From: Eledone cirrhosa
Lineage: Eukaryota
Assembly (NCBI GenBank): GCA_964016885.1
Contig: OZ024741.1
Coordinates: 249,364,001 to 249,428,000 of the forward strand
Direction of reading: 5' to 3'
DNA length: 64,000 nt
Below the pieces are notes generated by a model. It searched no databases and was not told the origin of the DNA. It worked only from the letters and a program-made list of their open reading frames with translations. Both the position numbers and the translations under genes were made by a program. This document shows, piece after piece, positions 1 through 12,000 of this stretch (the stretch's first letter is position 1; each line of letters begins with the position of its first letter).

Positions 1-911
1 AATTTGTAAAAAAATCAGGGGGAGATAATTTGTAGAAAAAATCAGGGGTTGATAATTTGTAAAAAAAATCAGGGGGAGATAATTTGTAAAAAAAATCAGG
101 GGGAGATAATTTGTAAAAGAAATCAGGGGTAGATAATTTTCAGTCGTCCAAGGGGAGATAATTTCCATCCTTCCAAGGGGAGATAATTTCCAGCCGTCCA
201 AGGGGAGATAATTTCCCGCCAGCCAAGGAGAGATAACATTTAAAAAAATCAGGCGGAGATAATTTGTAAAAAAAATCAGGGGGAGATAATTTGTAAAAAA
301 ATCAGGGGGAGATAATTTGTAAAAAAAATCAGGGGTAGATAATTTCCAGCCGTCCAAGGGGAGATAATTTCCATCCTTCCAAGGGGAGATAATTTCCAGC
401 CGTCCAAGGGGAGATAATTTCCCGCCAGCCAAGGAGAGATAATATTTAAAAAAATCAGGCGGAGATAATTTGTAAAAAAAATCAGGGGGAGATAATTTGT
501 AAAAAAATCAGGGGGAGATAATTTGTAAAAAAAAATCAGGGGGAGATAATTTGTAAAAAAAATCAGGGGGAGATAATTTGTAAAAAAAAATCAGGGGTAG
601 ATAATTTGTAAAAAAAAATCAGGGGGAGATAATTTGTAAAAAAAAATCAGGGGGAGATAATTTGTAAAAAAATCAAGGGGAGATAATTTCCAGCCGTCCA
701 AGGGGAGATAATTTTCAGCCGTCCAAGGAGAGGTAATTTCTAGCCGTCCAAGGGGAGATAATTTCCAGCCGTCCAAGGGGAGATAATTTTTTTAAAAAAA
801 TCAGGCGGAGATAATTTGTAAACAAAAATCAGGGGGAGATAATTTGTAAAAAAAAATCAGGGGGAGATAATTTGTAAAAAAAAATCAGGGGGAGATAATT
901 TGTAAAAAAAA

Positions 912-1137
912 TCAAGGGGAGATAATTTCCAGCCGTCCAAGGGGAGGTAATATCTAGCCATCCAAGGGGAGATAATTTCCAGCCGTCCAAGGGGAGATAA
1001 TTTCCAGCCGTCCAAGGGGAGATAATATCCAGCCGTCCAAGGAGACATATTTTCCAGCCGTCCAAGGAGAGGTAATTTCTAGCCGTCCAAGGGGAGATAA
1101 GTTCCAGCCTCCAAGGGGAGATAATTTCCAGCCAGCC
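912..1137 (+). repeat. Example run of type-B monomers, CAAGGGGAGATAATTTCCAGCCGTC (25 bp): the 9-unit module 'Z'
   Basis: Nine B units with ordered variants: GAGGTAATATCTAGCCATC, AATATCC, GGAGACATATTTT (2 bp shorter), GGAGAGGTAATTTCTAG, AAGTTCCAGCCTC (1 bp shorter) and terminal CCAGCCAGC. The same order recurs dozens of times. Confidence 0.95.
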
Positions 1138-1397
1138 AAGGGGAGATAATTTGTAAAAAAATCAGGGGGAGATAATTTGTAAAAAAAAAATCAGGGGGAG
1201 ATAATTTGTAAAAAAATCAGGGGGAGATAATTTGTAAAAAAAAATCAGGGGGAGATAATTTGTAAAAAAAATCAGGGGGAGATAATTTGTAAAAAAAATC
1301 AGGGGTAGATAATTTGTGAAAAAAATCAGGGGGAGATAATTTGTAAAAAAAATCAGGGGGAGATAATTTGTAAAAAAAATCAGGGGTAGATAATTTT
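1136..1397 (+). repeat. Example run of type-A monomers, CAGGGGGAGATAATTTGT-A(7-10)-T (26-29 bp)
   Basis: Nine consecutive A monomers. The 27-bp unit appears as the 9-aa period TNYLPLIFF in the minus-strand translations. Confidence 0.95.
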
Positions 1398-2365
1398 CAG
1401 CCGTCCAAGGGGAGATAATTTCCATCCTTCCAAGGGGAGATAATTTCCAGCCGTCCAAGGGGAGATAATTTCCCGCCAGCCAAGGAGAGATAACATTTAA
1501 AAAAATCAGGCGGAGATAATTTGTAAAAAAAATCAGGGGGAGATAATTGTAAAAAAATCAGGGGGAGATAATTTGTAAAAAAAATCAGGGGTAGATAATT
1601 TCCAGCCGTCCAAGGGGAGATAATTTCCATCCTTCCAAGGGGAGATAATTTCCAGCCGTCCAAGGGGAGATAATTTCCCGCCAGCCAAGGAGAGATAATA
1701 TTTAAAAAAATCAGGCGGAGATAATTTGTAAAAAAAATCAGGGGGAGATAATTTGTAAAAAAATCAGGGGGAGATAATTTGTAAAAAAAAATCAGGGGGA
1801 GATAATTTGTAAAAAAAATCAGGGGGAGATAATTTGTAAAAAAAAATCAGGGGTAGATAATTTGTAAAAAAAAATCAGGGGGAGATAATTTGTAAAAAAA
1901 TCAAGGGGAGATAATTTCCAGCCGTCCAAGGGGAGATAATTTTCAGCCGTCCAAGGAGAGGTAATTTCTAGCCGTCCAAGGGGAGATAATTTCCAGCCGT
2001 CCAAGGGGAGATAATTTTTTAAAAAAATCAGGCGGAGATAATTTGTAAACAAAAATCAGGGGGAGATAATTTGTAAAAAAAAATCAGGGGGAGATAATTT
2101 GTAAAAAAAAATCAGGGGGAGATAATTTGTAAAAAAAATCAAGGGGAGATAATTTCCAGCCGTCCAAGGGGAGGTAATATCTAGCCATCCAAGGGGAGAT
2201 AATTTCCAGCCGTCCAAGGGGAGATAATTTCCAGCCGTCCAAGGGGAGATAATATCCAGCCGTCCAATGTGACATATTTTCCAGCCGTCCAAGGAGACGT
2301 AATTTCTAGCCGTCCAAGGGGAGATAAGTTCCAGCCTCCAAGGGGAGATAATTTCCAGCCAGCCA
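1139..2365 (+). repeat. One copy of the basic ~1,227-bp higher-order repeat (A9-B4-A4-B4-A8-B4-A5-B9; 26 A + 21 B monomers)
   Basis: Successive Z modules are offset by 1227 (829 to 2056), 1226 (5475 to 6701) and 1231 (14155 to 15386). 26x27 + 21x25 = 1227. Confidence 0.9.
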
Positions 2366-5300
2366 AGGGGAGATAATTTGTAAAAAAATCAGGGGGAGAT
2401 AATTTGTAAAAAAAAATCAGGGGGAGATAATTTGTAAAAAAAATCAAGGGGAGATAATTTCCAGCCGTCCAAGGGGAGATAATTTTCAGCCGTCCAAGGA
2501 GAGGTAAATTCTAGCCGTCCAAGGAGATATAATTTCCAGCCGTCCAAGGGGAGATAATTTCCAGCCGTCCAAGGGGAGATAATTTTAAAAAAAAAATCAG
2601 GCGGAGATAATTTGTAAACAAAAATCAGGGGGAGATAATTTTTAAAAAAAAATCAGGGGGAGATAATTTGTAAAAAAAAATCAGGGGGAGATAATTTGTA
2701 AAAAAAATCAAGGGGAGATAATTTCCAGCCGTCCAAGGGGAGGTAATATCTAGCCATCCAAGGGGAGATAATTTCCAGCCGTCCAAGGGGAGATAATTTC
2801 CAGCCGTCCAAGGGGAGATAATATCCAGCCGTCCAAGGAGACATATTTTCCAGCCGTCCAAGGAGAGGTAATTTCTAGCCGTCCAAGGGGAGATAAGTTC
2901 CAGCCTCCAAGGGGAGATAATTTCCAGCCAGCCAAGGGGAGATAATTTGTAAAAAAATCAGGGGGGAGATAATTTGTAAAAAAAATCAGGGGGAGATAAT
3001 TTGAAAAAAAAATCAGGGGGAGATAATTTGTAAAAAATATCAAGGGGAGATAATTTCCAGCCCTCCAAGGGGCTATAATTTCCAGCCGTGCAAGGGGAGA
3101 TAATTTCCAGCCGTCCAAGGGGAGATAATTTCCATCCTTCCAAGGGGAGATAATTTCCAGCCGTCCAAGGGGAGATAATTTCCCGCCAGCCAAGGGAAGA
3201 TAATTTTTTAAAAAATCAGGCGGAGATTGTAAAAAAAATCAGGGGGAGATAATTTGTAAAAAAATCAGGGGGAGATAATTTGTAAAAAAAAAATCAGGGG
3301 GAGATAATTTGTAAAAAAAAATCAGGGGGAGATAATTTGTAAAAAAAATCAGGGGGAGATAATTTGTAAAAAAAATCAGGGGTAGATAATTTGTAAAAAA
3401 AATCAGGGGGAGATAATTTGTAAAAAAAATCAGGGGGAGATAATTTGTAAAAAAAATCAGGGGTAGATAATTTTCAGCCGTCCAAGGGGAGATAATTTCC
3501 ATCCTTCCAAGGGGAGATAATTTCCAGCCGTCCAAGGGGAGATAATTTCCCGCCAGCCAAGGAGAGATAACATTTAAAAAAATCAGGCGGAGATAATTTG
3601 TAAAAAAATCAGGGGGAGATAATTTGTAAAAAAAATCAGGGGTAGATAATTTCCAGCCGTCCAAGGGGAGATAATTTCCATCCTTCCAAGGGGAGATAAT
3701 TTCCAGCCGTCCAAGGGGAGATAATTTCCCGCCAGCCAAGGAGAGATAATATTTAAAAAAATCAGGCGGAGATAATTTGTAAAAAAAATCAGGGGGAGAT
3801 AATTTGTAAAAAAATCAGGGGGAGATAATTTGTAAAAAAATCAGGGGTAGATAATTTCCAGCCGTCCAAGGGGAGATAATTTCCATCCTTCCAAGGGGAG
3901 ATAATTTCCAGCCGTCCAAGGGGAGATAATTTCCCGCCAGCCAAGGAGAGATAATATTTAAAAAAATCAGGCGGAGATAATTTGTAAAAAAAATCAGGGG
4001 GAGATAATTTGTAAAAAAAAATCAGGGGGAGATAATTTGTAAAAAAAAATCAGGGGGAGATAATTTGTAAAAAAAATCAAGGGGAGATAATTTGTAAAAA
4101 AAAATCAGGGGTAGATAATTTGTAAAAAAAAATCAGGGGGAGATAATTTGTAAAAAAAAAATCAGGGGGAGATAATTTGTAAAAAAATCAAGGGGAGATA
4201 ATTTCCAGCCGTCCAAGGGGAGATAATTTTCAGCCGTCCAAGGAGAGGTAATTTCTAGCCGTCCAAGGGGAGATAATTTCCAGCCAGCCAAGGGGAGATA
4301 ATTTGTAAAAAAATCAGGGGTAGATAATTTGTAAAAAAAAATCAGGGGGAGATAATTTGTAAAAAAAAAATCAGGGGGAGATAATTTGTAAAAAAATCAA
4401 GGGGAGATAATTTCCAGCCGTCCAAGGGGAGATAATTTCCAGCCGTCCAAGGAGAGGTAAATTCTAGCCGTCCAAGGAGATATAATTTCCAGCCGTCCTA
4501 GGGGAGATAATTTCCAGCCAGCCAAGGGGAGATAATTTGTAAAAAAATCAGGGGGAGATAATTTGTAAAAAAAAAATCAGGGGGAGATAATTTGTAAAAA
4601 AATCAGGGGGAGATAATTTGTAAAAAAAAAAATCAGGGGGAGATAATTTGTAAAAAAAATCAGGGGGAGATAATTTGTAAAAAAAATCAGGGGTAGATAA
4701 TTTGTAAAAAAAATCAGGGGGAGATAATTTGTAAAAAAAATCAGGGGGAGATAATTTGTAAAAAAAATCAGGGGTAGATAATTTTCAGCCCTCCAAGGGG
4801 AGATAATTTCCATCCTTCCAAGGGGAGATAATTTCCAGCCGTCCAAGGGGAGATAATTTCCCGCCAGCCAAGGAGAGATAACATTTAAAAAAATCAGGCG
4901 GAGATAATTTGTAAAAAAAATCAGGGGGAGATAATTTGTAAAAAAATCAGGGGGAGATAATTTGTAAAAAAAATCAGGGGTAGATAATTTCCAGCCGTCC
5001 AAGGGGAGATAATTTCCATCCTTCCAAGGGGAGATAATTTCCAGCCGTCCAAGGGGAGATAATTTCCCGCCAGCCAAGGAGAGATAATATTTAAAAAAAT
5101 CAGGCGGAGATAATTTGTAAAAAAAAATCAGGGGGAGATAATTTGTAAAAAAATCAGGGGGAGATAATTTGTAAAAAAAAATCAGGGGGAGATAATTTGT
5201 AAAAAAAATCAGGGGGAGATAATTTGTAAAAAAAAATCAGGGGTAGATAATTTGTAAAAAAAAATCAGGGGGAGATAATTTGTAAAAAAAAATCAGGGGG

Positions 5301-7009
5301 AGATAATTTGTAAAAAAATCAAGGGGAGATAATTTCCAGCCGTCCAAGGGGAGATAATTTTCAGCCGTCCAAGGAGAGGTAATTTCTAGCCGTCCAAGGG
5401 GAGATAATTTCCAGCCGTCCAAGGGGAGATAATTTTTTTAAAAAAATCAGGCGGAGATAATTTGTAAACAAAAATCAGGGGGAGATAATTTGTAAAAAAA
5501 AATCAGGGGGAGATAATTTGTAAAAAAAAATCAGGGGGAGATAATTTGTAAAAAAAATCAAGGGGAGATAATTTCCAGCCGTCCAAGGGGAGGTAATATC
5601 TAGCCATCCAAGGGGAGATAATTTCCAGCCGTCCAAGGGGAGATAATTTCCAGCCGTCCAAGGGGAGATAATATCCAGCCGTCCAAGGAGACATATTTTC
5701 CAGCCGTCCAAGGAGAGGTAATTTCTAGCCGTCCAAGGGGAGATAAGTTCCAGCCTCCAAGGGGAGATAATTTCCAGCCAGCCAAGGGGAGATAATTTGT
5801 AAAAAAATCAGGGGGAGATAATTTGTAAAAAAAAATCAGGGGGAGATAATTTGTAAAAAAATCAGGGGGAGATAATTTGTAAAAAAAAATCAGGGGGAGA
5901 TAATTTGTAAAAAAAATCAGGGGGAGATAATTTGTAAAAAAAATCAGGGGTAGATAATTTGTAAAAAAAATCAGGGGGAGATAATTTGTAAAAAAAATCA
6001 GGGGGAGATAATTTGTAAAAAAAATCAGGGGTAGATAATTTTCAGCCGTCCAAGGGGAGATAATTTCCATCCTTCCAAGGGGAGATAATTTCCAGCCGTC
6101 CAAGGGGAGATAATTTCCCGCCAGCCAAGGAGAGATAACATTTAAAAAAATCAGGCGGAGATAATTTGTAAAAAAAATCAGGGGGAGATAATTTGTAAAA
6201 AAATCAGGGGGAGATAATTTGTAAAAAAAATCAGGGGTAGATAATTTCCAGCCGTCCAAGGGGAGATAATTTCCATCCTTCCAAGGGGAGATAATTTCCA
6301 GCCGTCCAAGGGGAGATAATTTCCCGCCAGCCAAGGAGAGATAACATTTAAAAAAATCAGGCGGAGATAATTTGTAAAAAAATCAGGGGGAGATAATTTG
6401 TAAAAAAATCAGGGGGAGATAATTTGTAAAAAAAAATCAGGGGGAGATAATTTGTAAAAAAAATCAGGGGGAGATAATTTGTAAAAAAAAATCAGGGGTA
6501 GATAATTTGTAAAAAAAAATCAGGGGGAGATAATTTGTAAAAAAATCAAGGGGAGATAATTTCCAGCCGTCCAAGGGGAGATAATTTTCAGCCGTCCAAG
6601 GAGAGGTAATTTCTAGCCGTCCAAGGGGAGATAATTTCCAGCCGTCCAAGGGGAGATAATTTTTTAAAAAAATCAGGCGGAGATAATTTGTAAACAAAAA
6701 TCAGGGGGAGATAATTTGTAAAAAAAAATCAGGGGGAGATAATTTGTAAAAAAAAATCAGGGGGAGATAATTTGTAAAAAAAATCAAGGGGAGATAATTT
6801 CCAGCCGTCCAAGGGGAGGTAATATCTAGCCATCCAAGGGGAGATAATTTCCAGCCGTCCAAGGGGAGATAATTTCCAGCCGTCCAAGGGGAGATAATAT
6901 CCAGCCGTCCAAGGAGACATATTTTCCAGCCGTCCAAGGAGACGTAATTTCTAGCCGTCCAAGGGGAGATAAGTTCCAGCCTCCAAGGGGAGATAATTTC
7001 CAGCCAGCC

Positions 7010-9035
7010 AAGGGGAGATAATTTGTAAAAAAATTAGGGGGAGATAATTTGTAAAAAAAAATTAGGGGGAGATAATTTGTAAAAAAAAATCAGGGGGAGA
7101 TAATTTGTAAAAAAAAATCAGGGGGAGATAATTTGTAAAAAAAATCAAGGGGAGATAATTTCCAGCCGTCCAAGGGGAGATAATTTTCAGCCGTCCAAGG
7201 AGAGGTAAATTCTAGCCGTCCAAGGAGATATAATTTCCAGCCGTCCAAGGGGAGATAATTTCCAGCCGTCCAAGGGGAGATAATTTTTAAAAAAAAATCA
7301 GGCGGAGATAATTTGTAAACAAAAATCAGGGGGAGATAATTTTTAAAAAAAAATCAGGGGGAGATAATTTGTAAAAAAAAATCAGGGGGAGATAATTTGT
7401 AAAAAAAATCAAGGGGAGATAATTTCCAGCCGTCCAAGGGGAGGTAATATCTAGCCATCCAAGGGGAGATAATTTCCAGCCGTCCAAGGGGAGATAATTT
7501 CCAGCCGTCCAAGGGGAGATAATATCCAGCCGTCCAAGGAGACATATTTTCCAGCCGTCCAAGGAGAGGTAATTTCTAGCCGTCCAAGGGGAGATAAGTT
7601 CCAGCCTCCAAGGGGAGATAATTTCCAGCCAGCCAAGGGGAGATAATTTGTAAAAAAATCAGGGGGGAGATAATTTGTAAAAAAAATCAGGGGGAGATAA
7701 TTTGAAAAATAAATCAGGGGGAGATAATTTGTAAAAAATATCAAGGGGAGATAATTTCCAGCCCTCCAAGGGGCTATAATTTCCAGCCGTGCAAGGGGAG
7801 ATAATTTCCAGCCGTCCAAGGGGAGATAATTTCCATCCTTCCAAGGGGAGATAATTTCCAGCCGTCCAAGGGGAGATAATTTCCCGCCAGCCAAGGGAAG
7901 ATAATTTTTTAAAAAATCAGGCGGAGATTGTAAAAAAAATCAGGGGGAGATAATTTGTAAATAAAATCAGGGGGAGATAATTTGTAAAAAAAATCAGGGG
8001 GAGATAATTTGTAAAAAAATCAGGGGTAGATAATTTTCAGCCGTCCAAGGGGAGATAATTTCCATCCTTCCAAGGGGAGATAATTTCCAGCCGTCCAAGG
8101 GGAGATAATTTCCCGCCAGCCAAGGAGAGATAACATTTAAAAAAATCAGGCGGAGATAATTTGTAAAAAAAATCAGGGGGAGATAATTTGTAAAAAAATC
8201 AGGGGGAGATAATTTGTAAAAAAAATCAGGGGTAGATAATTTCCAGCCGTCCAAGGGGAGATAATTTCCATCCTTCCAAGGGGAGATAATTTCCAGCCGT
8301 CCAAGGGGAGATAATTTCCCGCCAGCCAAGGAGAGATAATATTTAAAAAAATCAGGCGGAGATAATTTGTAAAAAAAATCAGGGGGAGATAATTTGTAAA
8401 AAAATCAGGGGGAGATAATTTGTAAAAAAAAATCAGGGGGAGATAATTTGTAAAAAAAATCAGGGGGAGATAATTTGTAAAAAAAAATCAGGGGTAGATA
8501 ATTTGTAAAAAAAAATCAGGGGGAGATAATTTGTAAAAAAAAAATCAGGGGGAGATAATTTGTAAAAAAATCAAGGGGAGATAATTTCCAGCCGTCCAAG
8601 GGGAGATAATTTTCAGCCGTCCAAGGAGAGGTAATTTCTAGCCGTCCAAGGGGAGATAATTTCCAGCCGTCCAAGGGGAGATAATTTTTTTAAAAAAATC
8701 AGGCGGAGATAATTTGTAAACAAAAATCAGGGGGAGATAATTTGTAAAAAAAAATCAGGGGGAGATAATTTGTAAAAAAAAATCAGGGGGAGATAATTTG
8801 TAAAAAAAATCAAGGGGAGATAATTTCCAGCCGTCCAAGGGGAGGTAATATCTAGCCATCCAAGGGGAGATAATTTCCAGCCGTCCAAGGGGAGATAATT
8901 TCCAGCCGTCCAAGGGGAGATAATATCCAGCCGTCCAAGGAGACATATTTTCCAGCCGTCCAAGGAGACGTAATTTCTAGCCGTCCAAGGGGAGATAAGT
9001 TCCAGCCTCCAAGGGGAGATAATTTCCAGCCAGCC
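7010..9035 (+). repeat. Extended ~2,026-bp higher-order unit with extra B5 ('W') and B6 ('V') modules and a second Z
   Basis: Offsets 6701 to 8727 and 7451 to 9477 are both 2026. W is marked by GGTAAATTCTAG and GGAGATATAATTT; V by GGGGCTATAAT, CCGTGCAA and GGCGGAGATTGT. Confidence 0.85.
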
Positions 9036-12000
9036 AAGGGGAGATAATTTGTAAAAAAATTAGGGGGAGATAATTTGTAAAAAAAAATTAGGGGGAGATA
9101 ATTTGTAAAAAAAAATCAGGGGGAGATAATTTGTAAAAAAAAATCAGGGGGAGATAATTTGTAAAAAAAATCAAGGGGAGATAATTTCCAGCCGTCCAAG
9201 GGGAGATAATTTTCAGCCGTCCAAGGAGAGGTAAATTCTAGCCGTCCAAGGAGATATAATTTCCAGCCGTCCAAGGGGAGATAATTTCCAGCCGTCCAAG
9301 GGGAGATAATTTTTAAAAAAAAATCAGGCGGAGATAATTTGTAAACAAAAATCAGGGGGAGATAATTTTTTAAAAAAAATCAGGGGGAGATAATTTGTAA
9401 AAAAAAATCAGGGGGAGATAATTTGTAAAAAAAATCAAGGGGAGATAATTTCCAGCCGTCCAAGGGGAGGTAATATCTAGCCATCCAAGGGGAGATAATT
9501 TCCAGCCGTCCAAGGGGAGATAATTTCCAGCCGTCCAAGGGGAGATAATATCCAGCCGTCCAAGGAGACATATTTTCCAGCCGTCCAAGGAGAGGTAATT
9601 TCTAGCCGTCCAAGGGGAGATAAGTTCCAGCCTCCAAGGGGAGATAATTTCCAGCCAGCCAAGGGGAGATAATTTGTAAAAAAATCAGGGGGGAGATAAT
9701 TTGTAAAAAAAATCAGGGGGAGATAATTTGAAAAAAAAATCAGGGGGAGATAATTTGTAAAAAATATCAAGGGGAGATAATTTCCAGCCCTCCAAGGGGC
9801 TATAATTTCCAGCCGTGCAAGGGGAGATAATTTCCAGCCGTCCAAGGGGAGATAATTTCCATCCTTCCAAGGGGAGATAATTTCCAGCCGTCCAAGGGGA
9901 GATAATTTCCCGCCAGCCAAGGGAAGATAATTTTTTAAAAAATCAGGCGGAGATTGTAAAAAAAATCAGGGGGAGATAATTTGTAAAAAAATCAGGGGGA
10001 GATAATTTGTAAAAAAAAAATCAGGGGGAGATAATTTGTAAAAAAAAATCAGGGGGAGATAATTTGTAAAAAAAATCAGGGGGAGATAATTTGTAAAAAA
10101 AATCAGGGGTAGATAATTTGTAAAAAAAATCAGGGGGAGATAATTTGTAAAAAAAATCAGGGGGAGATAATTTGTAAAAAAAATCAGGGGTAGATAATTT
10201 TCAGCCGTCCAAGGGGAGATAATTTCCATCCTTCCAAGGGGAGATAATTTCCAGCCGTCCAAGGGGAGATAATTTCCCGCCAGCCAAGGAGAGATAACAT
10301 TTAAAAAAATCAGGCGGAGATAATTTGTAAAAAAATCAGGGGGAGATAATTTGTAAAAAAAAATCAGGGGTAGATAATTTCCAGCCGTCCAAGGGGAGAT
10401 AATTTCCATCCTTCCAAGGGGAGATAATTTCCAGCCGTCCAAGGGGAGATAATTTCCCGCCAGCCAAGGAGAGATAATATTTAAAAAAATCAGGCGGAGA
10501 TAATTTGTAAAAAAAATCAGGGGGAGATAATTTGTAAAAAAATCAGGGGGAGATAATTTGTAAAAAAAAATCAGGGGGAGATAATTTGTAAAAAAAAATC
10601 AGGGGGAGATAATTTGTAAAAAAAAATCAGGGGTAGATAATTTGTAAAAAAAAATCAGGGTGAGATAATTTGTAAAAGAAAAATCAGGGGGAGATAATTT
10701 GTAAAAAAATCAAGGGGAGATAATTTCCAGCCGTCCAAGGGGAGATAATTTTCAGCCGTCCAAGGAGAGGTAATTTCTAGCCGTCCAAGGGGAGATAATT
10801 TCCAGCCGTCCAAGGGGAGATAATTTTTTTAAAAAAATCAGGCGGAGATAATTTGTAAACAAAAATCAGGGGGAGATAATTTGTAAAAAAAAATCAGGGG
10901 GAGATAATTTGTAAAAAAAAATCAGGGGGAGATAATTTGTAAAAAAAATCAAGGGGAGATAATTTGTCAAAAAAAATCAGGGGTAGATAATTTGTAAAAA
11001 AAAATCAGGGGGAGATAATTTGTAAAAAAAAAATCAGGGGGAGATAATTTGTAAAAAAATCAAGGGGAGATAATTTCCAGCCGTCCAAGGGGAGATAATT
11101 TTCAGCCGTCCAAGGAGAGGTAATTTCTAGCCGTCCAAGGGGAGATAATTTCCAGCCGTCCAAGGGGAGATAATTTTTTTAAAAAAATCAGGCGGAGATA
11201 ATTTGTAAACAAAAATCAGGGGGAGATAATTTGTAAAAAAAAATCAGGGGGAGATAATTTGTAAAAAAAAATCAGGGGGAGATAATTTGTAAAAAAAATC
11301 AAGGGGAGATAATTTCCAGCCGTCCAAGGGGAGGTAATATCTAGCCATCCAAGGGGAGATAATTTCCAGCCGTCCAAGGGGAGATATTTTCCAGCCGTCC
11401 AAGGAGAGGTAATTTCTAGCCGTCCAAGGGGAGATAAGTTCCTGCCTCCAAGGGGAGATAATTTCCAGCCAGCCAAGGGGAGATAATTTGTAAAAAAATC
11501 AGGGGGAGATAATTTGTAAAAAAAAAATCAGGGGGAGATAATTTGTAAAAAAATCAGGGGGAGATAATTTGTAAAAAAAAAATTAGGGGGAGATAATTTG
11601 TAAAAAAAATCAGGGGGAGATAATTTGTAAAAAAAATCAGGGGTAGATAATTTGTAAAAAAAATCAGGGGGAGATAATTTGTAAAAAAAATCAGGGGGAG
11701 ATAATTTGTAAAAAAAATCAGGGGTAGATAATTTTCAGCCCTCCAAGGGGAGATAATTTCCATCCTTCCAAGGGGAGATAATTTCCAGCCGTCCAAGGGG
11801 AGATAATTTCCCGCCAGCCAAGGAGAGATAACATTTAAAAAAATCAGGCGGAGATAATTTGTAAAAAAAATCAGGGGGAGATAATTTGTAAAAAAATTAG
11901 GGGGAGATAATTTGTAAAAAAAATCAGGGGTAGATAATTTCCAGCCGTCCAAGGGGAGATAATTTCCATCCTTCCAAGGGGAGATAATTTCCAGCCGTCC

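Noticed and set aside
10-40. Shine-Dalgarno-like GGAG and T/A-rich terminator- or promoter-like motifs
   Set aside because: No credible downstream gene or GC-rich stem is present. These are incidental to the monomer.
430-680. G-quadruplex potential from repeated G4-5 runs
   Set aside because: The runs are separated by about 21-24 nt, far beyond canonical 1-7-nt loops.
7025-7075. TTAGGG/TCAGGG telomere-like hexamers; possible long telomerase repeat
   Set aside because: TTAGGG arises from an occasional C>T in isolated monomers and is never tandem. Inherited multi-kb higher-order patterns indicate recombinational copying rather than templated telomerase addition. A subtelomeric location is not excluded.
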